64,000 nucleotides of DNA from NCBI GenBank assembly GCA_963822445.1, contig CAWGHO010000001.1, positions 96,001-160,000 of the forward strand. The letters are read 5' to 3'. The position numbers and the translations under genes were made by a program. The notes below the pieces were generated by a model. That model did no database searches. It had not been told where the DNA came from and saw only the letters and a program-made list of their open reading frames with translations. Origin of the DNA: an uncultured Acidobacteriota bacterium. Lineage in GTDB: Bacteria; Acidobacteriota; Thermoanaerobaculia; Gp7-AA8. Below are positions 18,571 to 28,168 of the stretch, piece after piece. How positions within the stretch are numbered: the stretch's first letter is position 1; each line of letters begins with the position of its first letter.

Positions 18571-19338
18571 TCAGCGGCGGTATGTCACGCGCAACTGAAG
18601 GTCGTCAAGCGGCTTCCCCTTCAGTTTTTCGAAGCGCTCCATGTCGTACTCCCAGACCAGCGTGTTCCCCTCTTTGCGCGTGGCGTTGTGGGAGACGATC
18701 GTGAACGGCGCGGTGATGCGGTAGACGACGCGCATGTTGCCGAACGCGTCCCGCACCAGCTTCTCCATCGCCGGATCGAGCTTCGGCGCATCGGCAGCCT
18801 GTTCCTTCACCGACTCCGCCGGATTCAGCGCCTTGCTGCGGAAGGTGATCGTGTCCCCCTTCTCGATCAGCTCGAGGCCTTCGAACGGCGAGTCGACGAT
18901 GTTCTTCTGCGTCGGGTCAGCGCCTTCCTTCGACGGGAACTTCACACCGACGAGGTTATTGATGCGATCGAAGGCGAACTTGAAGTCGGAGACGACCCCG
19001 AACTCCTTCTCGGTGAACTTCATGTCCAGGAGGTCGACGCCTTTCGGCAGCCCTTTTTTGACTTCCTCGCGCGACGGCGGCTCACCCGGACCACTCCCCG
19101 ACTTCGACTTCTTGAACTCGGCCTTCGCCTTGGCCAGCTCCGCGGCGGTGAGCGGCCCTTTCTTGCCTTCCATTTCTTTGGCGAACTGCGCCATCACCAC
19201 GACCATCGGCTCGAGGTCGACGCCGAGGCGGAAGTCGGCCGTGCCGGAGAGATTTTTCTGGAGGTTGATCGACTGCTCGATCTCGAAGCAGCCGGCCGTG
19301 AACAGAAGAAGAACGAGAGCAAACGCTGTTTTTTTCAT
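18571..19338 (-). CDS. Hypothetical lipoprotein (LppM-like)
   Basis: Lipobox TAGC; IVSHNAT...GNTLVWEY. Confidence 0.7.
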   Translation of the reverse strand: MKKTAFALVLLLFTAGCFEIEQSINLQKNLSGTADFRLGVDLEPMVVVMAQFAKEMEGKKGPLTAAELAKAKAEFKKSKSGSGPGEPPSREEVKKGLPKGVDLLDMKFTEKEFGVVSDFKFAFDRINNLVGVKFPSKEGADPTQKNIVDSPFEGLELIEKGDTITFRSKALNPAESVKEQAADAPKLDPAMEKLVRDAFGNMRVVYRITAPFTIVSHNATRKEGNTLVWEYDMERFEKLKGKPLDDLQLRVTYRR

Positions 19339-21827
19339 CGCACCACCACGTTGACCAGTTTCCCCGGGACGTAGATTTTCTTGACGACTTCCTTGCCGGT
19401 CACCCACTGCTGGATCTTGTCGTTTGCGGCCACTGCATCCATGACCTGCTGCTCGCTGGGCGGCGCCGGAACTTCGACCTGTCCGCGCAGCTTACCGTTG
19501 ATCTGCACCGCGATCACGACGACGTCTTCCTGCATCAGCGCGCGATCGGCCACGGGCCATTTCGCCGTCAACAGAAATCCCTCGTTCCCCAGCATCGACC
19601 ACAACTCCTCGGTGATGTGAGGCGCAAACGGATGGAGCAGCTTGAGCAGCACCTCGTACGGCTCGCGCGATGGTGCTTCGCCGAGGGTGTTCGAGAACTC
19701 CATCAGCGCGGAGATGGCCGTGTTGAACTCGAACCGCTCGATGCGCGAGGTCACCGCGTCGATGGTCTGGTGCATCTTGCGGATCACGTCCGGCGATGAC
19801 TCGCCGCCTAGGCGCGTGCCCATGTTCCAGACCCGGCCGAGGAATCGCGATGCGCCGACCACGCCCTCGTCCGACCAGGCCGCTTCTTTTTCGGGTGGCG
19901 CAATGAACAGGGTGTAGACGCGCTCCGTGTCGGCGCCATAGCGCTCGATCAGCTCGTCCGGCGGCACGACATTGAGGCGCGACTTCGACATCTTCGTCAC
20001 CTCGGCCGTGAGCAGCTCCTCGCCGCGATACGGCTTGTCGCCCTTCCACTCCACTTCGGCGGGCGATACCCACGAGCCGTGCGCGTCCTTGTAGCCTTCC
20101 TTGGTGATGACGCCCTGATTGAACAGGCGGGTGAAGGGCTCCTCGAAATCGATCAGCCCCATGTCGTGAATCGTGCGGGTGATGAACCGCGCGTAGAGCA
20201 GATGAAGGATGGCGTGCTCGATGCCGCCGATGTACTGATCGACCGGGAGCCAACGATTGGCCAGGGCCGGGTCGAAGATCTTCTCGTCGTCGCGCGGGGT
20301 GATGAAGCGGAGGAAGTACCAGGACGAGTCGACGAACGTATCCATCGTGTCGGTCTCGCGCCGCGCGGCACCGCTGCATTGCGGACAGGTCGCGTTGACG
20401 AAGGCCTCGTGCTTCGCGAGGGGGTTGCCTTCCCGGCCGGTGAACGGGACGTCCAGCGGCAACGTCACCGGCAGTTGGTCCTCGGACACGGGCTGCAGGC
20501 CGCAGCGATCGCAGTACAGCATCGGGATGGGCGTGCCCCAGTAGCGCTGCCGGGAGATCAGCCAGTCGCGCAGACGGTAGCGCACCGTGCCCTTCCCGAT
20601 CCCCCGCTCTTCGATGATGGCGATGATCTCCTCGATGGCCTGCGGCACCGGGAGACCGGTGATGGGGCCGGAGTCGACGCTGACGCCGGTGTCGTCTTTG
20701 AAGGTGAACGCCTCGTCGAGCGCGTCGAGCTTTTCGCCTGAAGCGGGACCGACCACCACGCGAATGGGCAGGTCGTACTGCTTCGCGAATTCGAAATCGC
20801 GCTGATCGTGCGCGGGGACGGACATGATCGCGCCCGTCCCGTACTGCGGCAGCACGAAGTTCCCCAGCCAGATCGGGATCTCTTCCTCGGTGAACGGATT
20901 GATCGCGTACTTGCCGGTGAACTTCCCTTCCTTCCCCGCTTCCTGCCGCTCCAGCGCGCTCTGATTGCGCACGCCGGTGATCCACTCCTCGATCTCCGCG
21001 CGATCGGGATGCTCGGCGATGAGCGTGGCCACGTCGGGATGCTCCGGCGCGAGGACCATGAACGTCGCGCCGTAGATCGTGTCGGGCCGCGTGGTGAAGA
21101 TGCGGATCGGCTTGTTCAGCGCCGGCATCGGAAACTCGACGTCGGCGCCCAGCGAGCGGCCGATCCAGTTCCGCTGCATCAGCTTCACCTTCTCCGGCCA
21201 GTGCTCGAGCGTGTCCAGACCGGCATCGAGCCGGTCCGCGTAATCGGTGATTTTGAAGAACCACTGCGAAAGCTCGCGCTGTTCGACCAGCGCGCCGCAC
21301 CGCTCGCAGCGGCCGTCGACGACCTGCTCGTTTGCCAGGACTGTCTGGTCCTGGGGGCACCAGTTCACGGGCGCCGTTCCGCGGTACGCGAGACCGCGCT
21401 TGTAGAGCTGGAGGAAGAGCCACTGGTTCCAGCGGTAGTACTCGGGCTCGCAGGAGGCGATCTCTTTCGACCAGTCGTAGAGGATCCCCCAGCGCGCGAA
21501 CTGCCGCTTCATCCGCTCGATGTTGGCCAGCGTCCAGGGCCGCGGATGCGTCCGGTTCTTGATCGCGGCGTTTTCCGCGGGCAGACCGAACGCGTCCCAG
21601 CCCATCGGGTTGAGCGCGGCGCGGCCCTGCATGCGGAAGTAGCGGTAGACGGCGTCGCCGAGGATGTAGTTGCGGCCGTGTCCGACATGGAGGTCGCCGG
21701 ACGGATAGGGAAACATGTTCAGCATGTAGAGCTTGTCACCGGGGGCGCGGACGTCTATTTCGGCCACGCGCGCTTCGGCCCAGCGTTGTTGCCATTTCGG
21801 TTCGATTTCGGTGGGGCTGTATTGCAT
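19335..21827 (-). CDS. leuS: Leucine--tRNA ligase
   Basis: MFPYPSGDLHVGH, DWLISRQRYWG and KMSKS. Confidence 0.98.
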   Translation of the reverse strand: MQYSPTEIEPKWQQRWAEARVAEIDVRAPGDKLYMLNMFPYPSGDLHVGHGRNYILGDAVYRYFRMQGRAALNPMGWDAFGLPAENAAIKNRTHPRPWTLANIERMKRQFARWGILYDWSKEIASCEPEYYRWNQWLFLQLYKRGLAYRGTAPVNWCPQDQTVLANEQVVDGRCERCGALVEQRELSQWFFKITDYADRLDAGLDTLEHWPEKVKLMQRNWIGRSLGADVEFPMPALNKPIRIFTTRPDTIYGATFMVLAPEHPDVATLIAEHPDRAEIEEWITGVRNQSALERQEAGKEGKFTGKYAINPFTEEEIPIWLGNFVLPQYGTGAIMSVPAHDQRDFEFAKQYDLPIRVVVGPASGEKLDALDEAFTFKDDTGVSVDSGPITGLPVPQAIEEIIAIIEERGIGKGTVRYRLRDWLISRQRYWGTPIPMLYCDRCGLQPVSEDQLPVTLPLDVPFTGREGNPLAKHEAFVNATCPQCSGAARRETDTMDTFVDSSWYFLRFITPRDDEKIFDPALANRWLPVDQYIGGIEHAILHLLYARFITRTIHDMGLIDFEEPFTRLFNQGVITKEGYKDAHGSWVSPAEVEWKGDKPYRGEELLTAEVTKMSKSRLNVVPPDELIERYGADTERVYTLFIAPPEKEAAWSDEGVVGASRFLGRVWNMGTRLGGESSPDVIRKMHQTIDAVTSRIERFEFNTAISALMEFSNTLGEAPSREPYEVLLKLLHPFAPHITEELWSMLGNEGFLLTAKWPVADRALMQEDVVVIAVQINGKLRGQVEVPAPPSEQQVMDAVAANDKIQQWVTGKEVVKKIYVPGKLVNVVVR

Positions 21828-21859
21828 AGGGAGGGGGAGTATAGCGAGCGAATATACTG

Positions 21860-23488
21860 ATGACTCCCGTGCGACTCCTCGCCGTGCTGCTGTTTCTGTC
21901 CGCCTCGCTATCGGCGCAGACGCTGAGCGAGACATTCGAGGTTCACGTCCTCGAAGTCGAAGCGGTCGTTCTCGATCGCGATGGCGAGCCCGTTCGCGGC
22001 CTGACCCGCGCCGACTTCGAAGTGAAGATCGACGGACAACCGGTCGACATCTCGAACTTCTACGCCGTCGATCGCGGCGGAATCGTCGATGAGACACCGG
22101 ACCCCGCGGGAAGCGAATCCGACAACCGCATTCCGACGCGCCTCGTGGTCGTGTTCGACGACCTCCACCTCCGCCAGGCCGGCCGCAAACGCGCTCTCGA
22201 TGCGCTCAAGAATTACGTGCAGTCGTCGATGGACGAGAAAACGACGACGATGCTCATCCGCTGGAACGGGACCATGCGGACGCGCGTGGAGTCGAGCGGC
22301 GATGCCCGCACGCTGATGCGCGCGATCGGCGAGCTGGAGCGCGAAACCGCGCTGCTCCTGCACGCCGACTCCGAGCGGCGCCGGGTGATGCGCCAGATCG
22401 ACGACGTCATCCTCCATCCCGTCCCCGGCTATCAGGACACCCAGGCCACGATCGCGCTGCGCGCCGCGGTGCGTTACGTGGAAGAGCGGACGCGCGACGC
22501 GGAGAACACGATGAAGGCGCTGTCGTCGCTGATCTCGCTGCTCTCCGGCTTCGAAGGGCGGAAGACCCTGCTCTTCATCTCCGAATCGATGCCGCAGCAG
22601 CCGGGCGTGGAAGTCCTCAACTACGCGCGGCAGGTCCTGACCCGCAATCCCGTGTTCGGATTCGACCTCGAGCGCGAATCAGGCGGCGCCGCCCTCAGCG
22701 ACTTCCGGTACGACCAGGGCAATGCCTTCCGCGAGCTGGTGTCGCTGGCCCAGAGCGCGGGGGTGGTGTTCTCGTCGCTCGATCCCGGCGGCGTGCGCGC
22801 GAATGAAGGAACCGGCGCCGAGTACGCGACCGGACTGGGGCAGCTGGACGCGCTCTTCATCCGCGGCAACGATTCCTCCGGCGCGCGAATGATCGCGAAC
22901 GAGACCGGCGGCCGCTACGTCTCGAATCAGAACGACCTGAAGAACGCCATCGCCATCCTCACCGACGACGTGACGACGTACTACTCGATCGGCGTCCGCC
23001 CGCAGGATCGGAAGCGGGTCGTGAATGTGTCGGTGCGCGTGCGCGGACGCGATGATCTGCGCGTTCTCACGCCGCGCCGGCGCGACGTCACCTCCGGTCA
23101 CGAAGCAATCGCCTCCGCGATCCGCGCCCGCCTCTACTCACGCGAAGAAACGAACCCCCTCGGCATCCGCCTGTCCGTCGGCACACCCTGGCCTCGCGGC
23201 CAGCGTTGCGTAGCATCGATCGGGATCACCGTGCCGACCGCGAAGCTCGCTCCCATTTCCGGGAACGAGATCGCCGTTCACGCGATGGTGGTCGATGACC
23301 GCGGCAAGGAGTCGAAGGTGCGCAGCAGCACGCACGCGATCAACACCGCCGGCGAGTCGACGTCGATTCCCATCGAGTTCGGTCTGAACGCCCGGCGCTA
23401 TGTGATGTCGTTCGCCATCATCGACAAGATGACCGGCGAGACGAGCTACATGCAGGGCTCGATCGACGCGTCGGTCTGCGGACGCTGA
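21860..23488 (+). CDS. VWA domain protein (acidobacterial VWFA-related)
   Basis: VLDRDGEPVRGLTRADFEV, GRKTLLFISE, IANETGGR and YYSIG. The start could be GTG 21869. Confidence 0.85.
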   Translation: MTPVRLLAVLLFLSASLSAQTLSETFEVHVLEVEAVVLDRDGEPVRGLTRADFEVKIDGQPVDISNFYAVDRGGIVDETPDPAGSESDNRIPTRLVVVFDDLHLRQAGRKRALDALKNYVQSSMDEKTTTMLIRWNGTMRTRVESSGDARTLMRAIGELERETALLLHADSERRRVMRQIDDVILHPVPGYQDTQATIALRAAVRYVEERTRDAENTMKALSSLISLLSGFEGRKTLLFISESMPQQPGVEVLNYARQVLTRNPVFGFDLERESGGAALSDFRYDQGNAFRELVSLAQSAGVVFSSLDPGGVRANEGTGAEYATGLGQLDALFIRGNDSSGARMIANETGGRYVSNQNDLKNAIAILTDDVTTYYSIGVRPQDRKRVVNVSVRVRGRDDLRVLTPRRRDVTSGHEAIASAIRARLYSREETNPLGIRLSVGTPWPRGQRCVASIGITVPTAKLAPISGNEIAVHAMVVDDRGKESKVRSSTHAINTAGESTSIPIEFGLNARRYVMSFAIIDKMTGETSYMQGSIDASVCGR

Positions 23489-23489
23489 C

Positions 23490-24030
23490 ATGCATCCCGA
23501 GCAGCAACGCGCGCTCGACTACCTCGCGCGAAAAGGGACGAACGCGACGGTCGAGGAATTGCGGCAGCAGGTTCGCCATGCCTTCAGCGCGATCGAGGCG
23601 GAGCTGGACGCCGTGACGTATGGATGTGCGCGACACCGCGCCGGCTCCCGGGAAATGGTCGCCTCATCAGATCCTCGATCATCTGATCCTGAGCCACGGC
23701 CCGGCGATGCCTCAACTGGCGAGCCTGCTCGCGGGAATCACTCCCGAAGGTGTGGCCATCCCCGCCGATCTCGACACACCTCCTCATCTGCTGAAGTCGT
23801 GGGAGGAGCTCCGCGCGCAACTCGGCGCGATTCACGCGGAGATCCAGGACCTGATCGCTCGCGCGGATGACAACGTGTCCCTCGAGCCGAAGGCGCTCAT
23901 CGAGATGGTGGTGAAGGTCGACGGCCAGCCCGTGCACTGGCACGCCGAGGTGGACTGGAAGGCGTTCGTGCAGGGCATCCGGGTGCATGTGCTCGAGCAT
24001 CGGGAGCAGCTGCGGCGGACAATCGGTTGA
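23490..24030 (+). CDS. DinB-family protein, one apparent frameshift near 23617
   Basis: PAPGKWSPHQILDHL...HVLEHREQL; the N-terminus is in another frame. Confidence 0.7.
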
Positions 24031-24043
24031 CCCATAAGGACTG

Positions 24044-24062
24044 GTATGACTTATCATCATAC
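24044..24062. promoter_or_regulatory. Probable TA operator overlapping the -10 box
   Basis: Inverted repeat GTATGA-N7-TCATAC spanning TATCAT (24052-24057). Confidence 0.55.
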
Positions 24063-24064
24063 TC

Positions 24065-24304
24065 ATGGGTAAGGCCAAGATCGCCATCACCGTAGACGAG
24101 CAGGCGCTCGCCGAAATCGACCGTCTCGTTGAACAGGGCGTGTTTCCCAACCGAAGCAAGGCCATCGAGGATGCGGTTCAGGATCGAATTGCGAAGCTGC
24201 ATCGATCGCGGCTCGCCCGTGAGTGCGCAAAGCTGGATGTAAGCGAGGAGCAGGCTCTGGCAGACGAAGGTTATGCCGGCGAGACTGAATGGCCAGAATA
24301 CTGA
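24065..24304 (+). CDS. Ribbon-helix-helix antitoxin
   Basis: KIAITVD...[12 protein letters not shown]; overlaps the toxin start. Confidence 0.88.
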   Translation: MGKAKIAITVDEQALAEIDRLVEQGVFPNRSKAIEDAVQDRIAKLHRSRLARECAKLDVSEEQALADEGYAGETEWPEY

Positions 24305-24627
24305 GGGGAGAAATCTACTGGGCTGGGCTCAACCCCGCTGTTGGGCACGAACAAGGCGGACAGCGTCCCGTTCTCGTCCTCAGTCACGATGTCTTCAACG
24401 ACCGGTCCGGGATCGTCATTGCCATCGCCATCACCAGTCAGCAGCCCAAAGCGGGATTTCCGCTCACGCTGGAGATCACGACGGCGAAGTTGCCGAAACG
24501 CTCATGGGCTCGAATCGGGCAGATACGCACGCTTTCAGTCGAGCGACTTGGCAAGCGGATGGCGCGCATCGCCCCTGAAGAGTTGGAACGGATCGTCGAA
24601 GGACTCAACGAGATCATCGCCGACTAG
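24289..24627 (+). CDS. mazF: PemK/MazF endoribonuclease toxin
   Basis: RGEIYWA...[14 protein letters not shown]...[10 protein letters not shown]. Confidence 0.92.
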   Translation: MARILRGEIYWAGLNPAVGHEQGGQRPVLVLSHDVFNDRSGIVIAIAITSQQPKAGFPLTLEITTAKLPKRSWARIGQIRTLSVERLGKRMARIAPEELERIVEGLNEIIAD

Positions 24628-25064
24628 TTCCCCTCATACACAAACGTCGCCGGCCCATCATTCTCCAGGCTGACCACCATCATTTCCCGGAAGCGTCCCG
24701 TCTTCACCTCGATGCCGGTCGACGCGAGATCGGCGAGGAAGAGGTCGAAGAGCTCGCGGGCGCGGTTGGGCTCTTCGGCGTTGTCGAAGCTCGGGCGGCG
24801 GCCGCGGGCGAGTGAGCCGGCCAGGGTGAATTGGGACACGGCCAGAATCGCGCCGCCGCTTTCGGCCACGTCGTGGTTCATCTTCCCCGCGTCGTCGCTG
24901 AAGATGCGCAGCTCGCGGATCTTCTTTGCCGCGTCGCACATGGTCTGCTCGGTGTCCCCTTTTTGGACGGCGGCGAGGATCAGGAGACCGGCGCCGATCT
25001 CCGAGACGACCTCCTCGCCGACGGTCACGGAAGCGCGGCGAACGCGCTGAATCACGCACTTCAT
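24624..25064 (-). CDS. dtd: D-aminoacyl-tRNA deacylase
   Basis: MKCVIQRV, SQFTL, GRRPSF and NDGP. Confidence 0.95.
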   Translation of the reverse strand: MKCVIQRVRRASVTVGEEVVSEIGAGLLILAAVQKGDTEQTMCDAAKKIRELRIFSDDAGKMNHDVAESGGAILAVSQFTLAGSLARGRRPSFDNAEEPNRARELFDLFLADLASTGIEVKTGRFREMMVVSLENDGPATFVYEGN

Positions 25065-25181
25065 CGGGACCGATTCTACCGGCCGTAGAAAACGCTTCCC
25101 TGGCGCACGGCAGCAGTTAGAATCCGCCATTCCACGCTGCGCCGCTTCCCTCCACACGAAGCGCGAAGGAGAAATCACCAC

Positions 25182-25616
25182 ATGATCAACAAAGTCATTC
25201 TGGTCGGGCGTCTGGGAAAGGATCCCGAGATCCGCTCCACACCCCAGGGCACCTCGGTCGCCAAGTTTTCGCTGGCCACCGACGAGAAGTTCACCGACCG
25301 CGCCGGCGAGAAGCAGGAGCGGACCGAGTGGCACAACATCGTGGCCTGGGGAAAGCTCGGCGAGATCTGCGGCCAGTACCTGAAGAAGGGCAAGCTCGTC
25401 TACATCGAGGGCTCGATCCGCACCGACAGCTGGGACGACAAGGAGTCGGGCCAGAAGAAGTACCGCACCGAGATCGTGGCCAGAGACATGAAGATGCTCG
25501 ACCGCCGCGATGAAGCCGGCGGAGGCGGTGGCGGCTACAGCTCGTCCCGCGGCGCCGGCAAGTCCGCTCCGTCCGGCGGCGACATGATGGAGGACGACGA
25601 GGAAGTGCCGTTTTAA
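25182..25616 (+). CDS. ssb: Single-stranded DNA-binding protein
   Basis: [19 protein letters not shown] and acidic tail EEVPF. Confidence 0.97.
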   Translation: MINKVILVGRLGKDPEIRSTPQGTSVAKFSLATDEKFTDRAGEKQERTEWHNIVAWGKLGEICGQYLKKGKLVYIEGSIRTDSWDDKESGQKKYRTEIVARDMKMLDRRDEAGGGGGGYSSSRGAGKSAPSGGDMMEDDEEVPF

Positions 25617-25621
25617 GAAAT

Positions 25622-25715
25622 GGTTGCTGAGTTGCTGGGTTGCTAGGTTGCTGAGTTAGAAGCAAGCGACTCGGCGGAGCACCCAGCAACTCAGCAACCG
25701 AGCAACTCAGCAACC
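25622..25715. repeat. Inverted tandem-octamer hairpin (GTTGCTGA x4 / TCAGCAAC x4)
   Basis: 4+4 units fill the ssb-hydrolase gap. Confidence 0.9.
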
Positions 25716-25719
25716 CACA

Positions 25720-26907
25720 ATGATCAAACTCCTCCCCCTCCTCCTCACCCTCGCCGCCGCCCTCCCCTCTCTCGCCGAGCCTGCGTGGATCAACGTCGAC
25801 TCGAAGATTTATGCGCGCGAGCGGAGTGTGTTGCTCAGCCTTCCCAAGTCGTACATGGCCGGCGGGAAGCGCTATCCGGTGCTGTACGTCACGGATGCGA
25901 CGCAGCAGGGACTGCACACGGCGGCGACGGTGGAGGCGCTGAGCGCGATCGGGCGGATGCCGGAGATGATCGTCATCGGCGTGTGGCATCAGGACCGGAT
26001 CAACGAGCTGACGCCGACCAGGGTCCCCCAGGCGACGGTCGACGGCGATGTCCTCCGCTTTCCGACGAGCGGCGGCGCGGCGAAGCTCCTCGCCTTCCTC
26101 GAGACCGAGCTCATTCCGGAGATCGATAAGCGCTACCGCACCGAGCCCTTTCGCATTCTCGGGGGGCACTCGTACGGCGGCATGTTCGCGCTCGACGCGC
26201 TCTTCACGAATCCGAAACTCTTCAACACCGTCATCGCCATCAGCCCGACGGTGTGGTGGGACAACAAATACATCCTTCGCCGCGCGCAGCAGTTCGTGCA
26301 GGCGAATCCCGAGGTGAAGTCGACGATCGCCCTTGCCGTCGGGAAAGAGTCCGCGTCGATGAACGCCGGCTTCGAAGAACTGAAGGCCGTCTTCACCCAG
26401 CCGCCGAAGAGCACGTCCGTGCACACGTTCTACTTCGAGAACGAGGATCACTTCAGCACGCCGATCCCGGCGACGTACTCCGCGCTGCGCAAGATCTTCG
26501 CGCCCTGGCTCTTCAAGATCGAATCGCCTGATGACCCGATGAAGCTGTGGGCGCGCGCGCAGGCTCACGCGCAGGAGCTGAGCAAGCAATACGGCTACCG
26601 CGTGGGTGTCGCCGAGGACACGGCGAACGAGATCGGATACATCCTTCTTCGCGCAAGGCGGTTCGAACAGGCTCTGGAAGTCTTCCAGGCAAACGTCGCC
26701 GCGAATCCCGCCTCGGCCAACGCGTACGACAGCCTCGGCGACATGTACAACGCCGCCGGCGACACGCAGAAGGCCTGGCAGAACTACGAGCGCGCCGTGG
26801 CGCTGGCCAAGAGCAGCAAGGATCCGCTCCTCGGTGCGTTCGAACAGAAGCTGGCCGATTTCAAGCGACGCAATCCGGCGATGTTTCCGCCGCAGATCCG
26901 GCGGTAG
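25720..26907 (+). CDS. Secreted alpha/beta hydrolase (IroE-like esterase) with TPR
   Basis: YPVLYVTD, GHSYGG, ENEDH; C-terminal ANAYDSLG TPR. Confidence 0.88.
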   Translation: MIKLLPLLLTLAAALPSLAEPAWINVDSKIYARERSVLLSLPKSYMAGGKRYPVLYVTDATQQGLHTAATVEALSAIGRMPEMIVIGVWHQDRINELTPTRVPQATVDGDVLRFPTSGGAAKLLAFLETELIPEIDKRYRTEPFRILGGHSYGGMFALDALFTNPKLFNTVIAISPTVWWDNKYILRRAQQFVQANPEVKSTIALAVGKESASMNAGFEELKAVFTQPPKSTSVHTFYFENEDHFSTPIPATYSALRKIFAPWLFKIESPDDPMKLWARAQAHAQELSKQYGYRVGVAEDTANEIGYILLRARRFEQALEVFQANVAANPASANAYDSLGDMYNAAGDTQKAWQNYERAVALAKSSKDPLLGAFEQKLADFKRRNPAMFPPQIRR

Positions 26908-26910
26908 CGG

Positions 26911-27420
26911 CTAGACCCGGTACCGCTCGCGCAACACCTTCAGATGGTGCCGCTCGTGGCCGGCGATGATGAACGCCAGCGCGCACACGGTGACCGGGCT
27001 GTTGTTCGCGGTGCCGCGGCGATTCCAGTCCTCCTCGCGGAGGTTACGGAAGAAGACGATGTTCGCGCGGCGATTCAGCGCGTACAGCTCGGCCAGGTCG
27101 CCGATCTTCCAGTCGTCGAAGTTCGCGTTCTTCATGTACTCGTTCTCATCGAACCCCGGCAGCGAGCTCTGATCGCCGCGGGCGATGCACAAGGCCCGGT
27201 AGCCGAAGACGCGCTCGGCATCGGTGACGTGGCCGAACACTTCCTTCACGCTCCACTTCCCTTCGGCATACCGATACGCGCCACGGGCATCGTCGATCGA
27301 GGCCATGAGCTTCTGCGTCTCCGACGACTGCGTCTCGATCACCGAGAGCACATCCTCCTCGGGCACGAGCGAGACGTAGTTCGCGTAGAACGAGGCGTAG
27401 TCGGTCGGCTCTGGTCGCAT
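26911..27420 (-). CDS. DinB-family protein
   Basis: YAEGKWSVKEVFGHVTDAERVFGYR...GHERHH. Confidence 0.9.
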   Translation of the reverse strand: MRPEPTDYASFYANYVSLVPEEDVLSVIETQSSETQKLMASIDDARGAYRYAEGKWSVKEVFGHVTDAERVFGYRALCIARGDQSSLPGFDENEYMKNANFDDWKIGDLAELYALNRRANIVFFRNLREEDWNRRGTANNSPVTVCALAFIIAGHERHHLKVLRERYRV

Positions 27421-27425
27421 GGGCG

Positions 27426-27800
27426 TCAGTCTAATCGGATGAAGGTCTTGTAGTGATCGCGGGTGTACCAGGTTTCACCGTTCCGACCCTTCACCACGCG
27501 GCGTGCTCCGCGATTCTTCGCGCCGGGCGTGGGGACGGTGTACTCGCGGTAATAACCGTTCGGTTGCTGGGGCAGACGGCGCTCGCGATTGCCGAATGTC
27601 GCGCCGTCCTGCCGGTAGGGAAACGGACCCCCGCGATCGATGAGGGCCAGGGTTGCGTCGAGTTGGGTCTGTTCGTCGCTGCGCACCTCGGTGCGCTGCT
27701 GCGGGCGGTCCGGCGATTCCGTTTTGCCGTTCCACCACGCGACGATCGCGACGGCGATGACCACGGCCAGGGCTGCGAGAGGGCTGGTTTTTCTTCGCAT
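27426..27800 (-). CDS. Guanyl-specific ribonuclease (RNase Sa/barnase-like)
   Basis: FGNRERRLP, YYREYTV, GARR and YTRDHYKTF; N-terminal hydrophobic segment. Confidence 0.92.
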   Translation of the reverse strand: MRRKTSPLAALAVVIAVAIVAWWNGKTESPDRPQQRTEVRSDEQTQLDATLALIDRGGPFPYRQDGATFGNRERRLPQQPNGYYREYTVPTPGAKNRGARRVVKGRNGETWYTRDHYKTFIRLD

Positions 27801-28162
27801 CACCAGACGAACACGAGATGGATGTCGGATTCGCAGTCCTGCGCCGCGGAAAGCCAGGCGTCGACGAGCATCCCCGCCACGGAAGGCGCATCGCGCCACA
27901 GACTCGCCGCGTCGTGGACGAGGAGCACGACGTCGCTGTCGACCTCGCGCAGGCACTCGTCGAAGGCGTCCCAGTTGTGGCCGAAGTAGTCGGGAAACTG
28001 GAGTGCCGAGGCGAGGGACCGGAAGAGGTCTTCCTCGCTTGCCCAGCCGCGGATCTCGCGCACGACGTCCCCGGCATCGGCGCGCAGTGCCGCCGCCGAT
28101 TCACCCGTCGCGAAATGCACCGGCAACGCGCCGACGATCATCGGCGGGGAGGGTAACACCAA
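27800..28162 (-). CDS. Barstar-family RNase inhibitor
   Basis: LQFPDYFGHNWDAFDECL; directly upstream of the RNase. Confidence 0.9.
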   Translation of the reverse strand: MVLPSPPMIVGALPVHFATGESAAALRADAGDVVREIRGWASEEDLFRSLASALQFPDYFGHNWDAFDECLREVDSDVVLLVHDAASLWRDAPSVAGMLVDAWLSAAQDCESDIHLVFVW

Positions 28163-28168
28163 CGAGCG

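Noticed and set aside
27426-28162. RNase + barstar as a novel toxin-immunity system
   Set aside because: This is the well-known barnase/barstar-type pairing.
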